Source: a virus. From it: a DNA stretch of 64,000 bases. The notes beneath the pieces were generated by a model. It did not search any database and was not told the DNA's origin. It saw only the letters and a list, made by a program, of their open reading frames with translations. The stretch is from positions 2,554-66,553 of the IMG/VR virus record IMGVR_UViG_3300045988_136447, one strand, 5' to 3'. Both the position numbers and the translations under genes were made by a program. This document shows, one piece after another, positions 46,765 through 56,266 of the stretch; positions within the stretch are counted from its first letter, which is position 1, and the number at the start of each line of letters is the position of its first letter.

Positions 46765-47104
46765 TCGAACACCTTATTGTATAGCCCACAAGTTCACCGT
46801 AAATATCAGGTCTTGGGCTGACGCCACTGACATAGTATTCTTTACCGCGCCACGTACAGACGTCACCAATCTGTGGAGTTGCATGTGATCTAGGATTATC
46901 ATCCGTATCCGACGTATAGTGAACCAGCGTACCAATGTTTGTAAAAGCGGCAGAGCCCATCATTGCGAACTCTTCCGTAGACTGACCCCTGAAAATGCCG
47001 TAACCAAAACCGATACGAACGCGGGAAATTTCCGCTTCGTCCCGGTCTTTTACGACTTCAAAGACTTCAATCTTATTTTCTTCTACAACTAAGTGATCTA
47101 GCAT
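46757..47104 (-). CDS. head-tail connector protein candidate
   Basis: 115-aa ORF. Confidence 0.35.
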   Translation of the reverse strand: MLDHLVVEENKIEVFEVVKDRDEAEISRVRIGFGYGIFRGQSTEEFAMMGSAAFTNIGTLVHYTSDTDDNPRSHATPQIGDVCTWRGKEYYVSGVSPRPDIYGELVGYTIRCSNG

Positions 47105-47538
47105 TACCGAATAATCCTGACATCTTGGCAGATCATACCGAGGTATTTACCCGCCGGGCTGTTTTTGATTACAGAAATGATAGCTCCACCATTATTGCCG
47201 CCGTTACCTGTACCGGAAACGTATGTTTCACGACCAATCCCGTCAACCGTTACGGATGTGGCTCCAAAAATTCGATTATTTGTAATCTGATTGAGTTTAG
47301 CCTTATTTGTATACATGTACACGGCCCACTCAAACACTGCCGCCTGATAAGCCGTGTAAGGCTTACTTTGGCTGATTACATTTGAATCGATGTTTGAAGT
47401 TCGCAAAGCGGCATTGATGTCATTTTCAGCGGTTTCAATCAAAATCGCCTTATCCTCAGCACTGATCTTATTCCACACGTCACGGTTCATAAAATTAGTG
47501 CTGAAATAATCATCTGCCATTTCAACGGTATTAAGCAT
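47104..47538 (-). CDS. head completion / connector candidate (start trimmed to MLNTVE)
   Basis: N-terminal 104 aa of the table ORF look non-protein-like and overlap the upstream gene; ATGCTTAA start/stop overlap. Confidence 0.4.
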   Translation of the reverse strand: MLNTVEMADDYFSTNFMNRDVWNKISAEDKAILIETAENDINAALRTSNIDSNVISQSKPYTAYQAAVFEWAVYMYTNKAKLNQITNNRIFGATSVTVDGIGRETYVSGTGNGGNNGGAIISVIKNSPAGKYLGMICQDVRIIR

Positions 47539-47998
47539 TGGGTTTCCTCTTCCTGAATGTAGGAATGTGGCGATCCAGTTCGCTGTCGTTCTGGGGATCG
47601 TACTTCCCTTTACGTTCAGCTTCCTCAAGCGCCTTTGCCTTTCGTTCCCTTTCTTCTTGTGCCTTAATATCGTCAAACGGATCGACGAAACTTTTCTGCA
47701 CAAGCCAACTGGAAATTTTACGGACTTCACTCCTTCTGTAATCCGGAAGCTTGTTTGTAAACTCAACCGGAAATTCAGCTGCATGAGAAGCGATAACAGG
47801 CTCAAACGCCTTTCTATCTTTAACTGCGATGTACACTTTGTAGTAGTCATGGCGTGATGGATTATAATCTTTACGATTCATCCGATGATCCAAGTCCTCG
47901 TACAAAATGCTAAAGCAACTAGCATAGAATTGCGCCTGAGGAAATTCCGTAGGGCTGGCCAGTAAAACAATCCTGCGATCAAACATTATGCACTCCAA
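47531..47998 (-). CDS. hypothetical structural protein
   Basis: 155-aa ORF directly downstream of capsid gene. Confidence 0.45.
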   Translation of the reverse strand: MECIMFDRRIVLLASPTEFPQAQFYASCFSILYEDLDHRMNRKDYNPSRHDYYKVYIAVKDRKAFEPVIASHAAEFPVEFTNKLPDYRRSEVRKISSWLVQKSFVDPFDDIKAQEERERKAKALEEAERKGKYDPQNDSELDRHIPTFRKRKPNA

Positions 47999-48031
47999 AA
48001 TAGGGGCCTTTCGGCCCCTATCGGTTCACGA

Positions 48032-49051
48032 TTAGGAAACGATACGAACGTTTGTAACCTGCGAAACCTCATCAAGGGCGGCCTTCGACTTGATGAGGAC
48101 ACCGGCCGTAAGCTTTTCGGTATTGACCCACATCTCCCAATTCGACGAGTTGGAAAGTTCCGAATCCGTAGGATTGGTTCCGACGGTGGACTTGAGCTGG
48201 TAGCCCTTGACATAATTCCACATGTCACCCTCACCCTGAAACAGGGACGCAAGGTTTTCGTTGCCGACCTGGGTCTGCATGGCAAACTGTGTATTGCCAT
48301 TATCCCGAAGCGTGACCGCGTTGTCCGTAAGGAACAGCGTTTTGTACTTGGTAGCGCCGCTGTCCTGATAGGTGAGCTCGGGGTTATCCGTAACGATAAC
48401 CGGCTTATTCATGGTGGCCGGAGTGCCGCCATACATCATGAGACCCTCGCCAAGCGTAAACTTGGTATTGAGAACCTGATCCTTGAACAGGGTGAAAAAG
48501 ACCGCCGAGTGCATAATCAGAGCCCGGAGACGGCTGGCAGCGTCACCGAACCGCGCCATCGCGTCAATTTCGGTGGCCATGCTGAAATTCTGCGAACCAG
48601 CATCAACGACACAGTTTGTGCGGCTCCCGATGGCGGCAGCGCAAATTGTGATTGCCTGTTTGACGGTGAATTCCACTTTCTTTTCGGCCAGCTTTCGGCC
48701 AACCATGAACATGACTTCATCATTTGTCATGTTGTCGGAAGTCTTGAAAGCTGTCCACTGCCACGCAACGGGCTTGAACTTCCAAAAGGTCTTGAACGCG
48801 GTATGCTCGGCGCGTTCGATCTTTTCAGCAACCTGTGCGCTGTCGGTAGTGATGTCGCGGCGCTCCATCGTGCCGAAATCACGGAAAAACGCCTCATGCT
48901 TTTTCGTGCCTGTGGTGTTTTCCGATTCAAGACGGATCGTACCGCCGCTGGCGGCATTCAGAATGTTGACAGCGTAAGTCAGCTGCTCAATATAGCCTGT
49001 ACGCAGATATTGATCGTAAGGCAGGAGGTCAGACAGAAATGTAAGTGCCAT
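48032..49051 (-). CDS. major capsid protein
   Basis: 339 aa following the scaffold gene in the order terminase, portal, scaffold, capsid. Confidence 0.65.
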   Translation of the reverse strand: MALTFLSDLLPYDQYLRTGYIEQLTYAVNILNAASGGTIRLESENTTGTKKHEAFFRDFGTMERRDITTDSAQVAEKIERAEHTAFKTFWKFKPVAWQWTAFKTSDNMTNDEVMFMVGRKLAEKKVEFTVKQAITICAAAIGSRTNCVVDAGSQNFSMATEIDAMARFGDAASRLRALIMHSAVFFTLFKDQVLNTKFTLGEGLMMYGGTPATMNKPVIVTDNPELTYQDSGATKYKTLFLTDNAVTLRDNGNTQFAMQTQVGNENLASLFQGEGDMWNYVKGYQLKSTVGTNPTDSELSNSSNWEMWVNTEKLTAGVLIKSKAALDEVSQVTNVRIVS

Positions 49052-49063
49052 GACTGCAATCCT

Positions 49064-49729
49064 TTACTGTTCGGGAGATTCGCCCTGCTCATTGCGCACC
49101 AAATTCAGGTAGGCGTCATTCCCATTTTCTTTAATGTACTTGACTTTTGTAGCAACATCCCACTGGCTTACCGGAGTTTTGACTTCGGCATGGGCCGGAG
49201 GCTGCTTGCCACTCCCCGAACCGCCATTGACCGGAACGAGGCACAATTCAGGTTCTTTCTCCTTGACTTCGGAAAGAAACCCTTTGAGCTTTTCGGGATC
49301 ATTCACATCAACCCCTTCTTTCTGTGCTTTCCACACAAGGTAGTCAGGATTCTTGAAAATGACACCAAGCTCATTTTTTGTAGCGAGTGTTGTGAACTTC
49401 AAGAGATTGCTTGTTTCAGACGCTTTAGTCCGCAATTCGTTATTTTCCGTAGTCAGGTTTTCAACCTTACCGGAAAGTTCCGAAAGTTGCGCATTGACTT
49501 GATCTTGCACTCGCTGTTCCGCTTCCGTTGCCGCAGTCTTGAGTTTCTCGTTTTCTTCTGTCAGTGTTTTGATTTGAGATTCGAGTTCGCTCTTTTTCTG
49601 AGACACCTCATTGAAGCGATACGTAGGACGAAATTCCCTGTCAAAATCAGCAATTTCTTCCTGAGTAAGTGCTTCCCCGCGCTTAATCTTCGCCATCAGT
49701 TCTTTGTAGTCCATACTGCTCCTTATCAT
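49064..49729 (-). CDS. scaffolding protein
   Basis: Coiled-coil, charged (KLKTAATEAEQRVQDQVNAQLSELSGKVENLTTENNELRTKASE). Confidence 0.6.
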   Translation of the reverse strand: MIRSSMDYKELMAKIKRGEALTQEEIADFDREFRPTYRFNEVSQKKSELESQIKTLTEENEKLKTAATEAEQRVQDQVNAQLSELSGKVENLTTENNELRTKASETSNLLKFTTLATKNELGVIFKNPDYLVWKAQKEGVDVNDPEKLKGFLSEVKEKEPELCLVPVNGGSGSGKQPPAHAEVKTPVSQWDVATKVKYIKENGNDAYLNLVRNEQGESPEQ

Positions 49730-49803
49730 TTTATACGCGGTTTTGTCCGCTAATCCTTATAATACACTGCAATTCAAAATTTTCAAGTAGGTTTTTACTT
49801 ATT

Positions 49804-51453
49804 TTACAGATTTTCCCCCTTACTGATTGAAGCTGTTCTACTTTTAGCATAATCGCTGCGACTGCGGATGCCGTCAGGGGTGCTCCCACTTGCGTCAGTC
49901 TTGTGTTTAGCCTTACTGTCAAACGTCATTGGGGCGACTGCCTGTGTATTGGCATCAATTTCTTTCTTGATCTTTTCATACACCTCATCAGGCACGTGAC
50001 GGATTGTGTCAAGGGTATCGAGGGCGGTGATCTTGATCTGTTTCTGATACTCATTTCCAGCGTCAAGATTAGCAAACTCAACAATTGCCGCAATCACAGA
50101 TTTCAATTCGTGAATATCATAATTTGTGTTGTACAGGACTTTCGGAATCTTGATCGAGGGATCAAACAGGTTCATGAATTTCCACACTTTGTTCTCAAGT
50201 TCCTGCAAGTGGGAAGCGATCCCCGAAAGCTGTGCGGCAAGACTGATGTTGTCTGCGGACTTACTTTCCGCAGAAGAGCGCTGTGTCGTATCAACACCAA
50301 TAAGAAATCCGTACATCTTAATCAGTGTATTGATAAGACGGTCGTCATGCTGGATGATGCTTTCGATATTGGCCCCATTCGGTTGAATGTAACGAGAAAT
50401 GCCCCGTTCTTCCGCATCTTCCGGGATATGCTTGGTACGGGACAGCACCAAACTCGCTTCCTGAGCAATGATCTTTTCAACAGCCGGGTCGTTGATGTCC
50501 AGTGTGGGATTCTCCTGTTGGAGCTTCATCCTGATACGAACGATCGTAGATTGAAGGGTAGAGGGGAGAACCAGTTGCCCATAAGTTTGTTTAAGGATAT
50601 TGGTAAGCAACTCAGATTCCCCCTTAAGTACGGAATCGTGAATTGTAAGAATATCATCGATTTCAGGTACATTGAAATATCGATTAAACATGATACTGGA
50701 ATACGGGATGGCAGGAACGACACCAAGGGTATTCACATGCGGATCGCTGGCGATGATAAGATCAACTGGCTCCGGATCGTCTCCATTGTCAATGATGTAA
50801 TCAAAAGTCTGCCAGTATTCTTTTGTGTAAAGTGTTCTCCTGAGTTTTACAACTGGCTTCCTTTTCGGATTGCTTTTTTCAGTGATAGTCTCTTGCCGGA
50901 TCACCCAACTCAAGCTCCCGTCAGAATCGTAGTCCCAGTCAGGGATATCCATAGGAGCAAGGGCCTCCGCATACGGTCTGATTTTGTCTCGTTGCTTCGT
51001 CTTGAGGTCAACAAGATTATAGTTGAGTGCTGGATTATCGATGAAAACCCAAGCAAGACCATAGATTGTATGATAGTCAAATACTTCGCGCATGACGCTG
51101 TTAACGGATTTACTTTTCCGGTCGAAGTCGTCCGCGATATCCGCATTCACATTTTCTCTGCGCGGCGGTTTTGAGAAAATGTAATCCCCAAATTTACGAG
51201 TGCTGTATTTAATCAAATTGATGTTATATGAGTATTGTTTCCGATCGTTAAACTCTTCATCCGTTTCCGACGGGTGCTTCTGCAATGTATTCTCGATATA
51301 CGCGCGTCCACCATTGTACGCGCGCGTAGCCTTACACCACAAAGGAAGAAGTTTACAATAGTACGGATGTTTTCGCGTGAAAACGTAAAAATTAGGGTCA
51401 TTCGCACTGACAGACGGCACTAGCGAATACAAAGATTCAAGTTCCATATTCAT
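49804..51453 (-). CDS. portal protein
   Basis: 549 aa between terminase large subunit and scaffold. Confidence 0.6.
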   Translation of the reverse strand: MNMELESLYSLVPSVSANDPNFYVFTRKHPYYCKLLPLWCKATRAYNGGRAYIENTLQKHPSETDEEFNDRKQYSYNINLIKYSTRKFGDYIFSKPPRRENVNADIADDFDRKSKSVNSVMREVFDYHTIYGLAWVFIDNPALNYNLVDLKTKQRDKIRPYAEALAPMDIPDWDYDSDGSLSWVIRQETITEKSNPKRKPVVKLRRTLYTKEYWQTFDYIIDNGDDPEPVDLIIASDPHVNTLGVVPAIPYSSIMFNRYFNVPEIDDILTIHDSVLKGESELLTNILKQTYGQLVLPSTLQSTIVRIRMKLQQENPTLDINDPAVEKIIAQEASLVLSRTKHIPEDAEERGISRYIQPNGANIESIIQHDDRLINTLIKMYGFLIGVDTTQRSSAESKSADNISLAAQLSGIASHLQELENKVWKFMNLFDPSIKIPKVLYNTNYDIHELKSVIAAIVEFANLDAGNEYQKQIKITALDTLDTIRHVPDEVYEKIKKEIDANTQAVAPMTFDSKAKHKTDASGSTPDGIRSRSDYAKSRTASISKGENL

Positions 51454-51464
51454 AATTTTCTCCT

Positions 51465-52760
51465 TTAAAACACAAATGCATTCATTTTATCCACACCATA
51501 AGAAATATACCGCACGCAGTCGATAACGTCATCATCTATTTTGATGGGAGATTCCTTATTCGACACTTCGCTGCTGCTTTCATGCCAAGAATAGTTTTGA
51601 AACTCCGTGATGATGCTTTCACATGTGTTAAAAACTTGAAGTCTTGGTTTTCCGGTCTTACGATTGATCATTAATCTCTGGGCGATAGAATTAATCCCAT
51701 CAGCCACCGACTTATGAGCGGGTTTCGTATAGATACCCTCTGATTGTAAGTATGCACGATCTGCCGCAGCATGGTCAGCCCATCTTACCATGTAAATATC
51801 TTTATTCTTTTTCTGATAGTCGTTGATCTCGTTTGCGGCTTCACGGATTGTAATTCCAGATTTTTTAAAATCATGGTAAAAGTACAGAATATCGTTCACA
51901 AAGTCATGCGCTGCGCATACAAATGCAAACGGGTGTTTGTACCCAAAGTCGATCGCTGAAAACTTAGCCCAATACGGGGGTATAGTAAAAGGCTCTACAA
52001 CGTGTATGCGCTCATCAAATTCTTTGAAAATCTGCCCCTCACCCCCACACCACCTGCCATGCAACATTCTTTCTCTTTGAATTTCAGGGAGCGCGTCAAG
52101 TGTATCAATGTATCCCGGAGGTAGATTCTCTAGGTTGTCATAGGCTGTCCAGTGCAACAGAGCGTGTTTATCTGCATCTTTGAGCTTCTTAAACGGCTTG
52201 GAAGCAGGATCAAGTAGCTGAACTCCCCAAATGTACAGCCAGTGCCTTTCAGACTGCGGATTGCAGTCGAGAATCATCTTGTTTACCGCTACAAATGTTC
52301 CGGTGATATCTTTCACTTTCTGTGCAAGACGGGTTTTCAGCATGCCGATAACTTGATAAGTCATCTGCGTAGCCTCGTTACAGAAAATCGTAATGTACTC
52401 AGTACCCAAACATTTCTGCGCTCGATCTTCATCATCAAGACCACCCAATACGATTACAGAACCGTTACTGAATTGAACTTTCAACTCAGATTTTACTAGC
52501 GTGTATTCGCTATCAGGGATGTACAGATTCAGATACTTGGGCAAGGAATCATCCCAAATTGAATTACGTGCGTCAACCAAATTTTTGCGCACAATGAGTT
52601 GCCGACTTCCGGGAAACTGAAACGCTCTTCCAATCATATATTCCATAATAAGGAAGGTTTTACCGGAGCGTGATCCTCCGGTAAACAAGATCGTTTCCTT
52701 ATCCGGGTTTTGAAGCAGCTCAAGCCCCGTTTTCTGTTTAGCTGTCAGCTTTAGCGGCAT
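51465..52760 (-). CDS. terminase large subunit
   Basis: Walker A TGGSRSGKT near N-terminus; size 431 aa; position. Confidence 0.8.
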   Translation of the reverse strand: MPLKLTAKQKTGLELLQNPDKETILFTGGSRSGKTFLIMEYMIGRAFQFPGSRQLIVRKNLVDARNSIWDDSLPKYLNLYIPDSEYTLVKSELKVQFSNGSVIVLGGLDDEDRAQKCLGTEYITIFCNEATQMTYQVIGMLKTRLAQKVKDITGTFVAVNKMILDCNPQSERHWLYIWGVQLLDPASKPFKKLKDADKHALLHWTAYDNLENLPPGYIDTLDALPEIQRERMLHGRWCGGEGQIFKEFDERIHVVEPFTIPPYWAKFSAIDFGYKHPFAFVCAAHDFVNDILYFYHDFKKSGITIREAANEINDYQKKNKDIYMVRWADHAAADRAYLQSEGIYTKPAHKSVADGINSIAQRLMINRKTGKPRLQVFNTCESIITEFQNYSWHESSSEVSNKESPIKIDDDVIDCVRYISYGVDKMNAFVF

Positions 52761-53157
52761 CTCTTTCCTTATCCTTATTTATCTCTACCGTGAGTTGATG
52801 TACAAATTTTCTGTAAATCGATTCCATAAGATAAGTCAATGATTCGTGTTCTTTTTTGAAATCAATGTTGACTTCATCCAATATATTTATGGCGCAATGT
52901 AAAACTTCATGTGCAAGCGAACCGTACTCACTGCACGATCCCGTAAATTCAGGCATCCAGATTACATATTTTGTGCCGAAATATTCATGCTGAAAGGTAA
53001 ATGCACCTGCTGCCCATGTTGAGGGTACTAACCCCTCTGTACTTTCCAGTCCCTTACACAGTTTGCGAATATAACGATAAAACTTATCGCGCGGCCCCAC
53101 AAACAAATAACAGGGGGCTGAGTATACATCAACATAGTAAAAATAACTACTCTTCAT
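52738..53157 (-). CDS. small HExxH zinc-metallopeptidase-like protein (ImmA/IrrE- or SprT-like)
   Basis: SLAHEVLHCAINIL. Confidence 0.45.
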   Translation of the reverse strand: MKSSYFYYVDVYSAPCYLFVGPRDKFYRYIRKLCKGLESTEGLVPSTWAAGAFTFQHEYFGTKYVIWMPEFTGSCSEYGSLAHEVLHCAINILDEVNIDFKKEHESLTYLMESIYRKFVHQLTVEINKDKERDAAKADS

Positions 53158-53482
53158 ATCGGGGCTCCATCGCTTCCACTACCCACACATCCTGAAAGTT
53201 ACCGGTATCCAATAGTGCGGTAGCTATCTCTTCTGCTTCCTCGTAGCATGGGAACTCTGTTTTACGGTACCGTTCCGGTACCGTGACTGCTCTTTTATGG
53301 TGCATACATATATACAACCTGCGCGGGCTCAGTTTCCGTTGTACCGTAATAAACCATCTGCGGTTCATTGTAGGCTTCTCTACCGGAACTCCATGCTTTA
53401 CCATGTTGGCGTATGCATGTTTGCCGCACAGAATGACGCAGGAATCGTCTTTAAGACTTTCTTCAAGAACAAGTTTGTACAT
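53147..53482 (-). CDS. hypothetical protein (small terminase candidate by position only)
   Basis: 111-aa ORF upstream of large terminase. Confidence 0.3.
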   Translation of the reverse strand: MYKLVLEESLKDDSCVILCGKHAYANMVKHGVPVEKPTMNRRWFITVQRKLSPRRLYICMHHKRAVTVPERYRKTEFPCYEEAEEIATALLDTGNFQDVWVVEAMEPRYEE

Positions 53483-53484
53483 GG

Positions 53485-53688
53485 TTATACTCTCCTGTTG
53501 CTCAATTCGGCATCAAGTCCGGCATTCAAGAAACACATCTGAGCATACCAGTTGGTTTTCACGCAGTAATTCCGGCAAACGTCACATGACCTGTTTAGTC
53601 TTTTACAGTATAGGTCATCACTGTTGATTCTGATTCCGTACATGCAGTTTTCACATGCCACATCGCGTATGACTGTCTTGGTTTTCAT
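53485..53688 (-). CDS. Cys-rich zinc-finger protein, first gene of late operon
   Basis: CENC...CKRLNRSCDVCRNYC. Confidence 0.4.
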   Translation of the reverse strand: MKTKTVIRDVACENCMYGIRINSDDLYCKRLNRSCDVCRNYCVKTNWYAQMCFLNAGLDAELSNRRV

Positions 53689-53712
53689 ATATCTCCTTTA
53701 TGGTGTTACTTT

Positions 53713-53740
53713 AATATACTTAGTTATGTTAATTTGTCAA
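53713..53740 (-). promoter_or_regulatory. sigma70-like promoter for late minus-strand operon (TTGACA-16-TATATT)
   Basis: Reverse complement reads TTGACAaattaacataactaagTATATT. Confidence 0.6.
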
Positions 53741-53782
53741 CCACTGTAAAAATAAAAAGCAAAAATAAAGTAAAAACCGCAA

Positions 53783-53811
53783 TTGACATTTTTCAGCTGC
53801 CATGCTATATT
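53783..53811 (+). promoter_or_regulatory. sigma70-like promoter (TTGACA-17-TATATT) upstream of the tRNA genes
   Basis: aaTTGACAtttttcagctgccatgcTATATTag. Confidence 0.6.
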
Positions 53812-54114
53812 AGTTAACGAAGGCGGCTTAGCGGGCTTCAACGCGACAGCGCTATGGTCAAATTCCGCGTACCAGCAGCGTTGCCGCCTTACTTTATCAA
53901 GGTTACTATGTGGTTTAAGAAAAAGCATTTGTTTGTGTCTTATTTCGGGTATAAAGATCATACTAACGGCAGGGAATGGGTATTTGGGAATTGTTTTGAT
54001 TTTCAATTCGAAATCTCAAAGATAACTCCCCGCACTTTGTCGCTTGCAGAAACCGATATTAAACAAAAATGTGAACTTGATAACGTTGTTATAATCAATT
54101 TTAAGTTGTATTAA

Positions 54115-54189
54115 GCCGATTTAGCTCAGTGGTAGAGCAGCAGTTTTGTAAACTGCCTGTCATCGGTTCAAATCCGATAATCGGCTCCA
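54115..54189 (+). tRNA. tRNA-Thr (anticodon UGU)
   Basis: Cloverleaf folded by hand: acceptor GCCGATT/AATCGGC, D arm GCTC/GAGC, anticodon stem GCAGT/ACTGC with loop TTTGTAA, T arm ATCGG-TTCAAAT-CCGAT, 3' CCA encoded. Confidence 0.8.
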
Positions 54190-54194
54190 AATAT

Positions 54195-54268
54195 GGACGT
54201 ATGGTGTAACGGCAGCACAGTTGATTTTGGTTCAACTAGCGCAGGCTCGAATCCTGCTGCGTCTACCA
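54195..54268 (+). tRNA. tRNA-Gln (anticodon UUG)
   Basis: Acceptor GGACGTA/TGCGTCT (two G-U pairs), anticodon stem GTTGA/TCAAC with loop TTTTGGT, T arm GCAGG-CTCGAAT-CCTGC, CCA encoded. Confidence 0.7.
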
Positions 54269-54287
54269 TTAATCAAAGGAAATAATT

Positions 54288-54425
54288 ATGCCTGTAAAGA
54301 AGTGTCAGAGCGGGAGTAAATCCGGTTACAAGTACGGAGATTCCGGTAAATGTTACGTAGGAAAAGGAGGGAAAGCAAAGGCAGAAAGCCAAGGCAGGGC
54401 GATCAAGGGAAATCAGGGAAAATGA
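54288..54425 (+). CDS. small Lys/Gly-rich protein (45 aa)
   Basis: AAAGGA RBS; below ORF-track cutoff. Confidence 0.35.
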   Translation: MPVKKCQSGSKSGYKYGDSGKCYVGKGGKAKAESQGRAIKGNQGK

Positions 54426-54583
54426 GCAGTTTAATTGACTACATTGGCCGCAAGGAGCCCCCCGCGAGTGCCCCAAGCTGCCGGAATCTTGATTGCCTGT
54501 ACAATGAAGATGGCAAATGCACACAGGGGCTCGCGTGTAAACAGGATGAAACTTACGAAAAGAAATGGTTCAAACATGCCTAA
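54422..54583 (+). CDS. small Cys-containing protein (53 aa)
   Basis: ATG overlaps upstream stop (ATGA); CRNLDC...CTQGLAC. Confidence 0.35.
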   Translation: MSSLIDYIGRKEPPASAPSCRNLDCLYNEDGKCTQGLACKQDETYEKKWFKHA

Positions 54584-54767
54584 TCAAAAACCAAAACAAC
54601 AATTTCACAAACTAGTATGCTACAACACGTGTGAGGCGATGCAAATCCTAGACATGCTGGTACGGCACTGGGATTCAATCGGCATGAAAGTCGTAGACGA
54701 AAAATGGAATATCAAATACCGCATCACAACCGTAGAACTCATTACAGAGAAACACAATGAAGATTAA
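54576..54767 (+). CDS. hypothetical small protein
   Basis: In-frame ATG; upstream part of the table ORF overlaps other genes. Confidence 0.35.
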   Translation: MPNQKPKQQFHKLVCYNTCEAMQILDMLVRHWDSIGMKVVDEKWNIKYRITTVELITEKHNED

Positions 54768-55185
54768 GTTTAAGAAACTCAGCAAAACCGCTGTTGCCCC
54801 GTTTCAGGGGAGTAAATTTGCCGCAGGATTTGATCTTACAGTTGATGAATTGGAGTTTTCTAACGATCAAATAAAGTATAATTCTAATATTGCAGTTGAA
54901 ATTCCTGAAGGCTATGTTGGATTATTGTTTCCTAGAAGCAGCGTTTACAAGTATCACATCCTACTTACAAACAGTGTCGGGGTGATCGATTCTGACTACA
55001 GGGGCCCCATTAAAGCGGTGTTCCAGCGAGAAGAAGCTATCCGCTATAAGATTAGCGGATATAGGGTCGGTGAAAGGTTCGCGCAGCTCGTGATCGTTCC
55101 TAATCCTAAAGTAGAGTATGTTGAAACGGAAGAACTCAGTGAGACTACGCGCGGCACCGGCGGCTATGGGAGTACCGGAAAATGA
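54757..55185 (+). CDS. dut: dUTPase
   Basis: AAGFDL; PRSS; GVIDSDYRGP motif 3; C-terminal RGTGGYGSTG motif 5. Confidence 0.8.
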   Translation: MKIKFKKLSKTAVAPFQGSKFAAGFDLTVDELEFSNDQIKYNSNIAVEIPEGYVGLLFPRSSVYKYHILLTNSVGVIDSDYRGPIKAVFQREEAIRYKISGYRVGERFAQLVIVPNPKVEYVETEELSETTRGTGGYGSTGK

Positions 55186-55373
55186 GCAGAAAACTGTGTA
55201 AGCATAGAGTTGCGGTCATCATCGAGACTAATGTTCCAATCGACAAACAAGACGCCCTGAACTATGTGAATCACGTGGTGCAGATAGCACTGGACAATAT
55301 GCCGATTGACGAGTTTGTGTCTGAACCTAAACCAAAAACATATGTGGAAATTGAAGATGTTACAGTTGGATAA
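55182..55373 (+). CDS. hypothetical small protein
   Basis: 63-aa ORF, ATGA-coupled. Confidence 0.4.
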   Translation: MSRKLCKHRVAVIIETNVPIDKQDALNYVNHVVQIALDNMPIDEFVSEPKPKTYVEIEDVTVG

Positions 55374-55617
55374 GTATGAAGTTGTGCCGATACTTCTTAC
55401 GTTTGTGGGTATCGGATCAGTAGCTGTTCTTTTATCTTTGATATTCTATTCTATTACCTGCAAAACAGTTCCAAGTCAGGAAACGGATGTTGTTATCGAG
55501 ACTATTGAGTATGACGGTTGCGAGTACCTTAAGTATTCCCCAAATCGCGGCTCATCCTACTGCTGCCTGACCCATAAAGGGAACTGCAAACGCTGTGCAG
55601 AAAGAAATGGTAAATAG
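55357..55617 (+). CDS. small membrane protein
   Basis: VVPILLTFVGIGSVAVLLSLIFYSI TM; start uncertain (table 55306). Confidence 0.4.
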   Translation: MLQLDKYEVVPILLTFVGIGSVAVLLSLIFYSITCKTVPSQETDVVIETIEYDGCEYLKYSPNRGSSYCCLTHKGNCKRCAERNGK

Positions 55618-55708
55618 ATTTCTAAAAATTAACGGAATCGTAGCTTGATTTATCGTAATTACAGGCTATTTTATACGTAAAGAGGTTGCCGTCTCTTTTC
55701 TTGCCTTT

Positions 55709-55746
55709 GGGGGAGGGAGGGTTTGTTGGTTTTCCTTCCCTCCCCC
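55709..55746. terminator. G-rich hairpin (GGGGGAGGGAGG...CCTTCCCTCCCCC)
   Basis: 12-bp stem; no canonical U-tract. Confidence 0.4.
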
Positions 55747-55819
55747 ACCTATCGCGCCCCTCAGTGAACTTTTATTCACAGATCAGGAATAAAAATAGTA
55801 ACTTTGGGGCTATTTTTAT

Positions 55820-55847
55820 TTGCAATTCTCCAATTCAATGTTATATT
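55820..55847 (+). promoter_or_regulatory. sigma70-like promoter (TTGCAA-16-TATATT)
   Basis: tTTGCAAttctccaattcaatgtTATATTg upstream of the HTH gene. Confidence 0.5.
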
Positions 55848-55912
55848 GTAGTATAGTGCAGTAGAAAACAAGGTGTGCTGTACTTTTACCCACAACTAAA
55901 ACAAGGAGAGTT

Positions 55913-56266
55913 ATGCGGACGTACACAAAATACACAAAAGCGGGCGCGCTGGTGTCTAAATTTATGCGCACACAGGGCATTTCCTGCCTTTCCGTCTGCC
56001 AAAAGCTCAATATCCACCCAAGCTACCTGAGCAATGCACTGAGAGGGCGATCCCCTTTCGGGATCGCCCTCTACGACAACCTGGTACAGGCGTACAGTGG
56101 TCTCTTTACCGAAAAAGAAAAAGAAGAGCTGTACCGTGCCGTGTGGGATGGGAAGAAAGAGCTGCGAGTTGATGTATCCTGTTGGGATATTGACAGTAAG
56201 ATTAAACTTGCAACACTTGCCGAATCCATTAAAAATGAAATTGAAAACTCAAAAAGGAATAAGTAA
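55913..56266 (+). CDS. XRE-like HTH regulator
   Basis: QGISCLSVCQKLNIHPSYLSNALRGRSP. Confidence 0.5.
   Translation: MRTYTKYTKAGALVSKFMRTQGISCLSVCQKLNIHPSYLSNALRGRSPFGIALYDNLVQAYSGLFTEKEKEELYRAVWDGKKELRVDVSCWDIDSKIKLATLAESIKNEIENSKRNK

Noticed and set aside
47539-47850. N-terminal 104 aa of the table ORF 47104..47850
   Set aside because: This part is basic and Leu-rich, with a non-protein-like sequence. It overlaps the coherent 47531..47998 gene. An internal ATG at 47538 gives a classic ATGCTTAA stop/start overlap.
48509-49753. 414-aa plus-strand ORF spanning the capsid and scaffold genes
   Set aside because: It is antisense to two well-supported structural genes. It is Cys/Phe/Arg-rich and has no RBS. 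Long antisense ORFs are expected opposite highly expressed genes of this composition.
49903-51174. 423-aa plus-strand ORF
   Set aside because: It is antisense to the portal gene, with the same reasoning as above.
54273-54524. 83-aa minus-strand ORF after the tRNAs
   Set aside because: It is opposite three small plus-strand ORFs with RBSs and ATGA coupling. It is in the wrong orientation for the local promoter.
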